This document shows, piece by piece, positions 21,457 through 31,338 of a DNA stretch of 64,000 nt (positions are counted from its first letter, which is position 1; every line of letters starts with the position of its first letter). The notes under the pieces are model-generated. The model searched no databases and was not told the DNA's origin. It saw only the letters and a list, made by a program, of their open reading frames with translations. The DNA lies in the IMG/VR virus record IMGVR_UViG_3300026382_000012, positions 21,767 through 85,766 of that record. The stretch is one strand, 5' to 3'. Source of the stretch: a virus. A program made the position numbers and the translations under genes.

Positions 21457-21585
21457 TTAGAAAAAATATAAGGGAGGTCACGTTGGCAGGTATAATCTTC
21501 TTGAGGTAAATTGTGACTGTCTATAAACAATAAATGTTATATCTTATCCTATCTTATTTTTACAAACTACTTTAAGGAGGTTAAA

Positions 21586-22113
21586 ATGAAAAAGTACAAG
21601 GTTTTGATTGAGTTTAACAGGTATAATGAAGAAGGCAAATTTGAAGGGCATTCCAATAAATTACTTATTGTGGAAGCAAATGATATTGATGAAATTGATG
21701 AAGATTTTATTAGAGAAAATCTTGGATTTGAATTTGATTTTGATATAGTTATAGTATGCGAATATGATAAATATACTGATGATGAAATTTATGATATTTA
21801 TTTCGATTTGTGTATGTGTACAAGATTTTATGAGAAATATGATAAGCCGATTGTTTATAAGAAAAATTCAATTGGATATTATTTGAAACCGGGTGCGTTA
21901 AAGAATATAGAGCCCGATATGATTATCATATATGTTAATGATAGAATTAAGATAGTCAATCCAAATATGACGTTCTCTGAATTGGATAGATATATTCAAA
22001 AGAAATTCAATGATGAAATGAAAGATATTAAAATCTATTACGTATTCAATAAAAATGTTGAGTCTGATGATGATATTATATGTATTGATGAATGGGCTAG
22101 ATATGTAAATTAA
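21586..22113 (+). CDS. Acidic hypothetical protein
   Basis: 175 aa, AAGGAGG RBS, followed by a terminator. Confidence 0.8.
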   Translation: MKKYKVLIEFNRYNEEGKFEGHSNKLLIVEANDIDEIDEDFIRENLGFEFDFDIVIVCEYDKYTDDEIYDIYFDLCMCTRFYEKYDKPIVYKKNSIGYYLKPGALKNIEPDMIIIYVNDRIKIVNPNMTFSELDRYIQKKFNDEMKDIKIYYVFNKNVESDDDIICIDEWARYVN

Positions 22114-22114
22114 T

Positions 22115-22140
22115 TGGGGTTTCGTGCCCCATTTCTTTCT
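22115..22140 (+). terminator. Intrinsic terminator
   Basis: TGGGG-TTTCGTG-CCCCA followed by TTTCTTTCT. Confidence 0.65.
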
Positions 22141-22186
22141 TAATATTTTTAGAGGATAGATATAGATATTGTTGGAAGGTGATAGA

Positions 22187-22948
22187 ATGACGAACAAACT
22201 TTCATTACTAAACGATAATTTATTCTTTAATAATAATCAAATAGTCAAATCACAAAACCAAATATATGGCATTATTAAATTATTAGAATCAGTGCCCGGG
22301 GAAGTTATCCTACCAAATAAAAAATACATTAAACTAATAAACACTATATATGGATATCATTATAAAACTAACTTAGATGTTGATGATCTAATAGAGCTAA
22401 GTGATTACATCGAATATAAAGCAAAAATGACTTCCTTATTAGAAACAATTGAATGCTATCCTAACATCATTTTTACACCAAATAATGTTATTATTAATCT
22501 AGAATATAACGAATCGATAGCATTTACAATAAAAATTAGTCATTATTCAAATAAATCTAATAAATTAAATGTTATTCTTGAGGATGAACGTTTCGATGAA
22601 TTTAGATGCAATTATTATAACATAAATATATATTGCTCATATCTAAACTATGAAATCGGCAAAGAATATTCTAGAAAAATTTATTCTAAGTTTAAAATAT
22701 TAATTAATGCTTTTGAAGATCTAGATATCAGAATTTCTGTATTATTATCAAAATCAATATTCTATGTACTAATTAAACATTTTGATGTAATAGGTTCGTT
22801 TGCGAGAGTTTTTGAATATGGTGATTTAGAAAATAATAACTTTGAGCATAAGATGATTGAAATGTTGAGCGGGATAAAAAACAAAGATATTAAAGAATTA
22901 ATTACAAATACGGCACGATTAAAACATCTTCAATTAAAGCATTTTTAA
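22187..22948 (+). CDS. Hypothetical protein, C-terminal motif group
   Basis: ATG 22187 after GAAGGT; ends ITNTARLKHLQLKHF. Confidence 0.8.
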   Translation: MTNKLSLLNDNLFFNNNQIVKSQNQIYGIIKLLESVPGEVILPNKKYIKLINTIYGYHYKTNLDVDDLIELSDYIEYKAKMTSLLETIECYPNIIFTPNNVIINLEYNESIAFTIKISHYSNKSNKLNVILEDERFDEFRCNYYNINIYCSYLNYEIGKEYSRKIYSKFKILINAFEDLDIRISVLLSKSIFYVLIKHFDVIGSFARVFEYGDLENNNFEHKMIEMLSGIKNKDIKELITNTARLKHLQLKHF

Positions 22949-22957
22949 AGGAATATC

Positions 22958-23611
22958 ATGCCAGGAATAATCAAAGTTTTAGAAATAACTAAAAAGAAAA
23001 ATCGAATACAAAGAACACTAACAGAATTAATAGTTCCAAATAAATTAATACTTGCAAATACTAGAGGTATAGCATTATTAGATAAAACAGATAATGATGA
23101 ACAATTAGAAATAAATTATATTCATATTCTTCATTATAATATTCAGGAACTAATGAAATACTTTATAGAAAATTCAAGGAAATTATCACATTTATTAAAT
23201 CTTATAAAATTATTTATAGAAACTAACTGTTGCTTAACAATATGCCATAAAAAGAACAGCCCTATAAAAATTGATTTTTCTGTATATAATAGTACGTTAA
23301 TATTTTCAAGCTATAAAGAATTAAATAATTTCATTAAAAATAATGTATTTTATGAAAATATAGAACCAAGTTCCATTAATTTAATTACTTTCGAAGGTAA
23401 AAAAAATAGGCTAAATGAAATAAGAAATAAGTTGGCTAAAATAATTAATATATTAGATCTTGACATATTATACATGACTAATAAGTATGAATTAATAGAT
23501 ATTGATTATAGAACAGATGAAGAAATCATTAATATGTTTTTATGGTATCTGCATATAAACGGTAAACAATATGATACTATTAAAAATTTAATTACGTTAG
23601 AACATTTTTAA
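22958..23611 (+). CDS. Hypothetical protein, C-terminal motif group
   Basis: Ends DTIKNLITLEHF. Confidence 0.8.
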   Translation: MPGIIKVLEITKKKNRIQRTLTELIVPNKLILANTRGIALLDKTDNDEQLEINYIHILHYNIQELMKYFIENSRKLSHLLNLIKLFIETNCCLTICHKKNSPIKIDFSVYNSTLIFSSYKELNNFIKNNVFYENIEPSSINLITFEGKKNRLNEIRNKLAKIINILDLDILYMTNKYELIDIDYRTDEEIINMFLWYLHINGKQYDTIKNLITLEHF

Positions 23612-23623
23612 AGGAAATTTATT

Positions 23624-24079
23624 ATGTGGAAAGAAGTAATAACGGCCGGCGTAATTTTGGATAAAAAATTGCAAAAATTTAAAGAACTACATAATAAACT
23701 ATCCTACATAACAAAGTACGATATTGATGAATTATATATATGCACTAAAAATTGTTCATTTATAGTTTCTAAATTTAAAAATTATTATTTTAGATTATTT
23801 ATTCTTGACTCGGAAAATTTTGATTATGCAACATTAGAACATTTATGGGATACTACAATGCATATTATCAGAAATAAGTTTAGAAATATAAAAAATGTGT
23901 ACTATATCAATTTTAAGTATACAATAAATAATGTAGATATCGAAATTATGACTAAAAGAAATCACAATATAATTTACTTAAACAACATACATAACAAACA
24001 TAGTAGTTTACATTTTATCTGTGATAAAAATGATGAAATAATAAACCTCTTGTTTGCTAGTTTTTATAAATCTATCTAA
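23624..24079 (+). pseudogene. 5' fragment of an array gene truncated at IS607 element 2; paralog of 26498..27136
   Basis: MWKEVITAG vs MLKEVIAGD, LWDTT vs LWNTT, ICDKNDE vs VCNNDDE; similarity stops just before the element. Confidence 0.7.
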
Positions 24080-24111
24080 CGAAATTTAATTAATGCTAAG
24101 GAGGATTTATC

Positions 24112-24756
24112 ATGTCTAATAAATACTACACAACTAAGGAATTTATGCAAATTACCAAAATACCGAAATCTACTCTTTATAAGTATATAAAAGAAGGTAA
24201 AATAACACCTTATAAATTACCAAATAAACAATATAGATTTACAGATGAACACATAGAACAAATATTAAATATACATAAAAATATAGCTGATAATCATATG
24301 AAACTTAATATTATTTATGCGAGAGTTTCAAGTCAAACGCAGAAAAAATATATACAAAATCAAATTAAGTACTGCAAAGAATTTTGTATAAAGAACGGAA
24401 TAATTATTAATGATATTATATACGATATTTCATCCTCATTTAATTTTAATCGGCCCGGATTATTAAAAATCTTAAAATTATTAAAAGAAAATAAAATCAA
24501 TAATTTAATAGTATACAGTAAAGATCGTTTAACAAGATTAGCTTTTGATTTGTTTGATAATCTATTCAAAATATATAATGCGAATATAATTGTAATTGAC
24601 AATTCAGATATTCCTATAGATGAATTAGATAGAAAAGATTTAATTGACGAGTTAGTATCATTTATTCATTATATAACTTCTAAAATATATGGAAAACGAA
24701 AATATACTAAAAGCAAATTGAAGGAGATAATCAATGAAGAAATTAAGAAGAGTTAA
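24112..24756 (+). CDS. tnpA: IS607 TnpA serine-recombinase transposase
   Basis: N-terminal HTH, IIYARVSS, RPGL, SKDRLTR, DELVSFIH..IYGKR. Confidence 0.95.
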   Translation: MSNKYYTTKEFMQITKIPKSTLYKYIKEGKITPYKLPNKQYRFTDEHIEQILNIHKNIADNHMKLNIIYARVSSQTQKKYIQNQIKYCKEFCIKNGIIINDIIYDISSSFNFNRPGLLKILKLLKENKINNLIVYSKDRLTRLAFDLFDNLFKIYNANIIVIDNSDIPIDELDRKDLIDELVSFIHYITSKIYGKRKYTKSKLKEIINEEIKKS

Positions 24757-26050
24757 GCAAATTTTTAAAACAAAGAAATCGCTATATCATAAAGTTGAAA
24801 AAATTATGTGTTCATTTAACATAATTAAAAATGAAATGTATAATCTTGTTAATTATTATTATGATAAAACAGGTGATATTAAACCTTTTATAACTGGTAG
24901 AAATTTATATTACATAATTACTGGAAATAAAACACTACCATATCATGATCAAAACATACAACAAATATTAAACAATATACGAAATGCACAAATAATAAAT
25001 CAAAAAGTAAAAACTGATATTATTAATATTGCATGTGAAATAATTAGGCGCGAATTGAAATCTGTCGTAGGTAAATGGAAGAAAGGTCAAAAGGCTTCCT
25101 TGCCAAAACAAAAGAATTTTAATGATTTATTTACGTATTCATTAGAAATACCAAAACGAATGATTAAGGATTTAAGAAAAAGAAAGAGAAAACCTGAAAA
25201 TGCAATATTAATTACTATTCAAAAAGGCATTTATATTAAACTTAAAATTGATAAAAAATTTCCAAATATTAATTGCATAACAATTATCTGGAAAAGAGAT
25301 ATTGGTGTATACTTTAATATTATTTATGAAATAAATCAAGAAGATATTGCATTAAATAAAGATAATTGGATATCAATTGATTTAGGAATTAATAACTTCG
25401 CATCAATAGTTTCAAATCATATAGATTCTATTATTATCTCAGGCAAAAATTTGAAATCTTTTAATCAATGGTATAACAAATTATATGCTAAATTACAAAC
25501 AAAAGGTAATGATAAATTGAGAAGAATATTAACTGATTATCGTAAACGAAGAATTAAGATGTTTTATCATAATACTGCAAATAAGATTATAGATATCTGT
25601 TTGGATAATAATATAGGTAAAATTATAATAGGCAATCCAACTACATTGTTTCAGAAAAAATCTAAATATTCTAAGAAATCAAACCAAAATATTAGAATGG
25701 TAAATTTAGGAAAATTTATTAATATTTTAAGATATAAATGCGAACAATTTGGTATAGAATTTCATATTGTATCTGAAAATTATACATCTGTTTTGTCATC
25801 AATTACCGAAAATATCACAACATTTACATATGAATATCTAAAATCGATATATAGCAAACTCAAGAAAAATCGTATTAAAAGAGGTCTTTTTAAAGACCAT
25901 AAAATTAATAAAGTTTTTAATGCAGATTTAAATGGCGCATTAAATATAGCTAAACAAATAATAACAAATTTACATAAATTAATTCAAGAACAATTAGATA
26001 TATACATTGATAAAATTTCTAGGGCAAATAAATTAGTAATATATTTTTAA
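24734..26050 (+). CDS. tnpB: IS607-type TnpB RNA-guided endonuclease
   Basis: SIDLGINN, IIIG with VSENYTS, NADLNGALNI. Confidence 0.93.
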   Translation: MKKLRRVKQIFKTKKSLYHKVEKIMCSFNIIKNEMYNLVNYYYDKTGDIKPFITGRNLYYIITGNKTLPYHDQNIQQILNNIRNAQIINQKVKTDIINIACEIIRRELKSVVGKWKKGQKASLPKQKNFNDLFTYSLEIPKRMIKDLRKRKRKPENAILITIQKGIYIKLKIDKKFPNINCITIIWKRDIGVYFNIIYEINQEDIALNKDNWISIDLGINNFASIVSNHIDSIIISGKNLKSFNQWYNKLYAKLQTKGNDKLRRILTDYRKRRIKMFYHNTANKIIDICLDNNIGKIIIGNPTTLFQKKSKYSKKSNQNIRMVNLGKFINILRYKCEQFGIEFHIVSENYTSVLSSITENITTFTYEYLKSIYSKLKKNRIKRGLFKDHKINKVFNADLNGALNIAKQIITNLHKLIQEQLDIYIDKISRANKLVIYF

Positions 26051-26051
26051 C

Positions 26052-26154
26052 AAGTATTCCGTGAGTCCTTTAATAGGATAGCGGATAGTAATGCCTAGTA
26101 TTGGTTAATTATAACCAATACTAGAGACACCTAGTTAGGAATTAAAGAACTAGG
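26052..26154 (+). ncRNA. Putative omegaRNA scaffold of element 2
   Basis: GTAT-TCCGT-GAG-TCCT..AGGA-TA-GCGGA-TAGTAATG, then hairpins CTAGTATTGGTTA/TAACCAATACTAG and ACCTAGTT/AACTAGGT. Confidence 0.72.
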
Positions 26155-26440
26155 TACACTTATTGTTAATCACAATGATCCTGATATATTAAAAATAGTT
26201 GAAGAAATAACTGAAAAGTACATAGAACCATACTTAATCAAACTTTTTAATTCAACAAATACAGAAAAATTTGGCTTTTTGGTTGATTCAAAGAATTATA
26301 TTGATTATTATTTTATCGCGCGCGGTAAAATATTTGATGATTTCTACCGCGCTATTTATGAATTATCAAATATCAAAAACATCTTAAATATTAAATTTGA
26401 GGAGTTTAAAAATTTTCTGAAATTAATCCCTTTAATCTAA
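26153..26440 (+). pseudogene. 3' fragment (95 codons) of an array gene interrupted by element 2
   Basis: Start-less open frame GTLIVNHNDPDILKIVEEI..KFEEFKNFLKLIPLI* carrying the group C-terminal motif; not in the ORF track. Confidence 0.75.
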
Positions 26441-26497
26441 AATTAATATATTGAATCAATTTTTCAATTGTAAAGCAACAAATTACGGGCATGGTGT

Positions 26498-27136
26498 ATG
26501 TTAAAGGAAGTAATCGCGGGCGATTTTATACTAGACGAAATAAATAAAAAAGAACTACAAAATCTAGAATTTAAGATAACACAAATTACAGCAATATACG
26601 ACATAAACAAATATCATATCAAATCTAACGACTGTAAATTTATTATTACAAAAATTGATTTAAATAGTATTAGACTATTTGTTCAGTCTGATGCTGACTA
26701 TAAAATGATAAATCGGTTATGGAATACAACTGCTGGAATTATTAAAAAGTATTTTTGGGATATCTGCAATGTAGAAAGTCTCAAGATAGAGTATTTATTA
26801 AATGGTGCGCGTATTGAACTTTCATTTAAAAGTAAACTTAAACTTACAATAGATAATGTATACGAGAAATGCGCTGAGCCTCAAATTGTATGTAATAATG
26901 ATGATGAATCAAAACAAATATGCAAAAAACTCCTTGATAAATTTCCACAAATCAATTTTATTATACAATCAGACAATGATGTATTTTACTTTTATTGGAA
27001 AAACGCCGGGTGGTTTTACATAGATAGAACTAGTTTATGCAATAATATAAGTGCTATATATTATAGCATGTTATCTGATATGCGCGCAGAAATTGTAGAA
27101 GAGGTAATAAACTATGCTTCAATCCTGCTATTATAG
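26498..27136 (+). CDS. Hypothetical protein, C-terminal motif group
   Basis: Ends EEVINYASILLL. Confidence 0.8.
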   Translation: MLKEVIAGDFILDEINKKELQNLEFKITQITAIYDINKYHIKSNDCKFIITKIDLNSIRLFVQSDADYKMINRLWNTTAGIIKKYFWDICNVESLKIEYLLNGARIELSFKSKLKLTIDNVYEKCAEPQIVCNNDDESKQICKKLLDKFPQINFIIQSDNDVFYFYWKNAGWFYIDRTSLCNNISAIYYSMLSDMRAEIVEEVINYASILLL

Positions 27137-27235
27137 TACTTATCAAAACCCACATATTGTCGCTAAGTATATAAATTTAAGATCAGATCCTACTACTTTT
27201 GTCAGCCATAATAATATGATCAAAATACCATCCAT

Positions 27236-27342
27236 CCTCCTAATCTCCTACTCAATAATAATCTAACATAATACTTTGAGTAGGATTTCGGAGGACAAAG
27301 TAACTACCGTCCCAGGCCCTATATCAGGTTCCTGGTTGCTTT
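27236..27342 (-). ncRNA. Putative omegaRNA scaffold of element 3
   Basis: CCAGG..CCTGG stem, then terminal hairpin CCTCC..TCCTACTCAA/TTGAGTAGGA..GGAGG, similar to the right end of element 1. Confidence 0.65.
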
Positions 27343-28719
27343 TAATTCATTAACAATAAGTGAAATATTAGATTGTGTTAAAGTTGTTATATTAAACTTA
27401 ATTGGATTTGCTAATTTAATTAATTTTAGTTTATCAGAAAAATTTTTAAATGCGTTTTTATAAACGCATCTGATTATGTTAAATGCACCATTAATATCAG
27501 CATTCCATATTTTATTGATTTTAGGATCGAAATAAGAACCTCTGCCGTATTTACGATATATATGTTTTTCATATATTTTATTAGTAATTGCAGATTTAGC
27601 ACTAGTGTAATACTCTTCAACTATAGTTACTTTAATACCATATTTTTCACCTTTATATTTCAATTGATTTATTAAAACCGAAAATGGTATTGAATAAAAA
27701 TTCTGGTTATTTCTACTGCCAAGATTAATATTTTGTTTAGCAGAAGGCAAATCACCTATTATTATTTCATTTATTCCGTATTGTTTACATATTTGAATAA
27801 TTTTATTTGTAATCTGATGAAATACACTCTTAATTCTTCTATTTCTATATGCAAATAATTTGCGATACATATAAATTAAGTCTTTCTTTTTATCTTTATC
27901 AGTTTCCAAATCTATTTTACTTCGTAATTTGGCTAAATGTTTATTTGCCCACTGATTGAAAGATTTAATTTCATTACCGGAAATTATAAAACTTTTTAAA
28001 TTAGGATTATTACTTATTGCAGAAATCAAATTACTAATACCTAAATCTATACCTAATTTGTAATTTCCAGTAACATTTTCAAATTCTGATAAATCAACTT
28101 CATAATAAATATCCAAATAAATATCAGTTAAAGACATTCTAATACCAAATGTTTTTATATTATTTGGATCTATATACTTTAGTTTACTAAATTTGATATT
28201 AAAATGTAGATTTTTATCTTTTGTAGGTTTAATCAAATAAGTATTATCATCAATAAGTTTGAATTGCCTATGACAAAGTATATAATTTACATTGATTATT
28301 TTATCAAGCTTTTTAGGACGAGGTATACCAGGTTTATTTTCTATTTTACCATTTTTATACTTTTTAAGCAATGCAAAATAACTTTTATATTCTTTATCTA
28401 CTTGTTTATTGGTAGCTTGGAAAAAATCACTGCCATTATGTTTGTAAATATTTTGGATATTATTTATAATATTTATTAGTGATGAATCTAATTGAATTAA
28501 CTGATCGATTAACTCTTTATCTCTACAATTTGCAATCTTATCTCGTTGTTTTAAATCGAGATATTTAGATGTTAATTCAAAATATTTATTTATAAGTATG
28601 TAAAGTAAGTTTTTAAGATGTTGAAATCTTAATAAAGAAGAGCGGGCGATCTTTTTCTTATCACCCCGCAATCTAACAGATAAAACATACTTAACTTTCT
28701 TTTTCTTCAATTCCGACAT
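27319..28719 (-). CDS. tnpB: IS607-type TnpB RNA-guided endonuclease
   Basis: GIDLGISN, IIIG with VEEYYTS, NADINGAFNI. Confidence 0.93.
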   Translation of the reverse strand: MSELKKKKVKYVLSVRLRGDKKKIARSSLLRFQHLKNLLYILINKYFELTSKYLDLKQRDKIANCRDKELIDQLIQLDSSLINIINNIQNIYKHNGSDFFQATNKQVDKEYKSYFALLKKYKNGKIENKPGIPRPKKLDKIINVNYILCHRQFKLIDDNTYLIKPTKDKNLHFNIKFSKLKYIDPNNIKTFGIRMSLTDIYLDIYYEVDLSEFENVTGNYKLGIDLGISNLISAISNNPNLKSFIISGNEIKSFNQWANKHLAKLRSKIDLETDKDKKKDLIYMYRKLFAYRNRRIKSVFHQITNKIIQICKQYGINEIIIGDLPSAKQNINLGSRNNQNFYSIPFSVLINQLKYKGEKYGIKVTIVEEYYTSAKSAITNKIYEKHIYRKYGRGSYFDPKINKIWNADINGAFNIIRCVYKNAFKNFSDKLKLIKLANPIKFNITTLTQSNISLIVNELKATRNLI

Positions 28720-29329
28720 CTTTTAATACCTCATCTTTTAATTTTTTAATTTTTCTATAATTTCGTGTACCGTAAATCTTCATAGCATAAAGATGTATTA
28801 TACGTACTAATTCTTCTACAATATCTTGTACTCTGTCATATTTAATACTATCTTGATTTATAACTACCAATTCAATACCTAATATATCAAATAATGTTTT
28901 AAATAAATCAAAACCAATTCTAGCTAATCTGTCTTTATCAGCAATAACAATTCTTTTCGGTTTATAAATATAACATGTTTTTAGTAATTCTTTTAATCCT
29001 TTTCTATTAAAATTAACAGATGAACCAATATCTTTAATTATTTTAGATATTTGCCAACCATTAGCAATGCAATATTTTTCACAATATTCAATTTGATTTT
29101 CTAGATTATTCTTTTGTTTAGTTGTTGAAACTCTACAATAAATAATTGTATCGTAATTTTCTGATATATCTTTCTTTATTTTACCTAATTTATATAGTGT
29201 TTTTAAATGTTCATCTGTATATCTTCTTTTGCCACCAGGCGTACGCAATGGATTAAGAATATTATCATAACGACGCAAAGTTGAAATGCTTAGACCAGTT
29301 AATTTAGAAAATTCTTTTATATTATACAT
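28691..29329 (-). CDS. tnpA: IS607 TnpA serine-recombinase transposase
   Basis: GLSISTLRRYD..RTPGGKRRY, IYCRVST, KDRLARIGF, EELV..IYGTR. Confidence 0.95.
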   Translation of the reverse strand: MYNIKEFSKLTGLSISTLRRYDNILNPLRTPGGKRRYTDEHLKTLYKLGKIKKDISENYDTIIYCRVSTTKQKNNLENQIEYCEKYCIANGWQISKIIKDIGSSVNFNRKGLKELLKTCYIYKPKRIVIADKDRLARIGFDLFKTLFDILGIELVVINQDSIKYDRVQDIVEELVRIIHLYAMKIYGTRNYRKIKKLKDEVLKDVGIEEKES

Positions 29330-29923
29330 TTATTACCTCCTATTTCACTATTCAAAATACTACTCATTATTATATCGTAATATAGATTATATAACTAATG
29401 AGTAGATTTAACACAATAAATACCATTATGAAAATTCATTGCCGCTATTTATTGATCTATTAAATTTGCGCAGGGGTTTTGAGTATCAAACATTTGTAAA
29501 TAACCTAGAAATACTTATAACTTATAAAATAAACTTTAACGATATGGTTTTATATCTAGATGAAATTAATACATCAATTGATATTAATGGATCAACTCCG
29601 CGCAATATATTTTCGAATCTAGATTTTGAAAAGATAAAAATAAGTAAAAATATAACTTGGATTAGATACAACAATACAAACGAAAATATTGATAAAGATT
29701 TGATAATGAAGATACTAAATGCTATTAGAACATTAAGTAAATCTACTGTTTTTTACATACTAACATTTAATAACATGTTACTATTCAATGAAGATGCTCT
29801 CGATTATTATGAGATAAAAGAACATATTAATACGCCTAATTTTCTTAACTACATAGCAAGTAATATAAATGACATCCAGATATTTGATGAAGATTTAGTT
29901 AACTTTCTAAACGTGAAGAGGCT

Positions 29924-30631
29924 ATGATGCATATTGAATCAATAAGCTTGGATAATGCAGATAAACTATTACTAATTGCCGAAAGTAAGAAATATCTACT
30001 TTCAGCAGAGATAATAGAAAAATTAAAAAAGATACGCAGAAAAATACATATTGATCTAAACATAATTGATAGAGATAAAAATAGTTCATATATGTATATT
30101 GAAAATAACAAAGAACTAATGGTTGTATATATGTTTAACGAAAATATCAAAGAAGAGTTATTTAACGAATTTGTGAATAAGAAACTTGATTTCGCTCTAT
30201 TATTATTTGATGAGGATGATAAATATTCTGACTTTTTTAAATTTATTAGTTCTATTAAGAATTATGTTAGAATTATTGATTTTATTGATTCTTATTCTGA
30301 TGGGTATAATGTTAATATTTATTTTGATAAATATATTCCTGTTGTGCTGTCTTCTAATAATTTAGAAAAATTTAGATTTTATCGAACCGCTCGCGGATTT
30401 TACTTTATAAAAGAACACCTTTCCGAATATGAAGAACTAGAAGAAATTTTTAAATCATTTAAATATACATATATCGTAATCGATAAAATAATTACGATAT
30501 ATGATAGAAATAACTTTATCATGTCCATAAATATCTTATCTGAAGATTTTTACGAAGTCAAATGCCTATTATATAATGATATGCTTGACCCTTCGGAAGT
30601 CGAAAATTATGTAAGGTTCGAAAATGTCTAG
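29924..30631 (+). CDS. Hypothetical protein, C-terminal motif group
   Basis: Ends SEVENYVRFENV; overlaps both neighbours. Confidence 0.8.
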   Translation: MMHIESISLDNADKLLLIAESKKYLLSAEIIEKLKKIRRKIHIDLNIIDRDKNSSYMYIENNKELMVVYMFNENIKEELFNEFVNKKLDFALLLFDEDDKYSDFFKFISSIKNYVRIIDFIDSYSDGYNVNIYFDKYIPVVLSSNNLEKFRFYRTARGFYFIKEHLSEYEELEEIFKSFKYTYIVIDKIITIYDRNNFIMSINILSEDFYEVKCLLYNDMLDPSEVENYVRFENV

Positions 30632-31322
30632 TTCTAATAATTACTACCTCATTATAAACGAAAGCATTATGTACAATAAATTTACAGATACAATTATAAA
30701 AATAAATATAAACAGGCTTTTTAAACCAATACCTGCGTATAATGAATATAGAACATATATGAAAGTTTTTGAATTATCAGGAGATGAAAAATTATTTACG
30801 TTTGAAATCGATAACATTGCCATTTTGAAGATATATGTTAAAGAAAAAGATAATTTAGTTAATACCGTCAATAAATGGTTGAATAAAACTGAAATAAATA
30901 ATTTATTTGAAATGTTTTGTAATATAAAAACAAATGTTGAAGCGCATTATGATATTAACAATAATATTAAGACTATTAATATCAATAATCAGTTATATTT
31001 TGAACTTCCTTTTAATATAAAAATTAAGAAACTAGTCGAGCATTTACCAATATATGTCATCAACAAAAAGAATAATACCATTATAAGAAAAATACAGAAT
31101 TTATTCTACGAATTAAGTCGAAACTCGCGCCTAAGACACATCAATAATAATTTTATATTACTATGCTATAAAGATAAGATATATTATATTTGGGGCGATA
31201 CTATTATAGAATACACAGAACAAACCAAGCAAGATATAATATATGATGTTTTATATAAAATTTTGAATCTGAAAATAGAAAAGAATGCATTTATTAATCT
31301 TATGAAATTAACTAGATTCTAA
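30624..31322 (+). CDS. Hypothetical protein, C-terminal motif group; distant paralog of 33293 and 34926
   Basis: IIKININ vs ILKINIK, KDKIYYI vs EDKIFFV, KILNLKI vs KMLNLKI; ends AFINLMKLTRF. Confidence 0.8.
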   Translation: MSSSNNYYLIINESIMYNKFTDTIIKININRLFKPIPAYNEYRTYMKVFELSGDEKLFTFEIDNIAILKIYVKEKDNLVNTVNKWLNKTEINNLFEMFCNIKTNVEAHYDINNNIKTININNQLYFELPFNIKIKKLVEHLPIYVINKKNNTIIRKIQNLFYELSRNSRLRHINNNFILLCYKDKIYYIWGDTIIEYTEQTKQDIIYDVLYKILNLKIEKNAFINLMKLTRF

Positions 31323-31338
31323 CCTAACAAAAGAGGTT

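Larger units (their letters stand above)
24045..26154 (+). mobile_element. IS607-family element 2 (intact tnpA + tnpB); left boundary approximate
   Basis: tnpA-tnpB overlap; right end hairpin ACCTAGTT/AACTAGG ends at GG 26153-26154, after which a host reading frame resumes. Confidence 0.88.
27236..29424 (-). mobile_element. IS607-family element 3 (intact tnpA + tnpB) bounded by GG cores
   Basis: CC at 27236-27237 and 29423-29424 on the + strand; excision restores the host reading frame. Confidence 0.92.
27114..29927 (+). pseudogene. Array gene (about 208 aa) split by IS607 element 3; partial paralog of 35714..36523
   Basis: ATG 27114 with GAGG RBS gives MLQSC..IKIPSI; removing the element at the shared CC restores the frame into HYENSLPLF..(ORF 29439..29927), ending DLVNFLNVKRL. 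Confidence 0.85.

Noticed and set aside
27236-29424. IStron (group I intron-IS607 hybrid)
   Set aside because: Only about 95 nt between the left end and tnpA, and the element is antisense to the host gene; no room for an intron core
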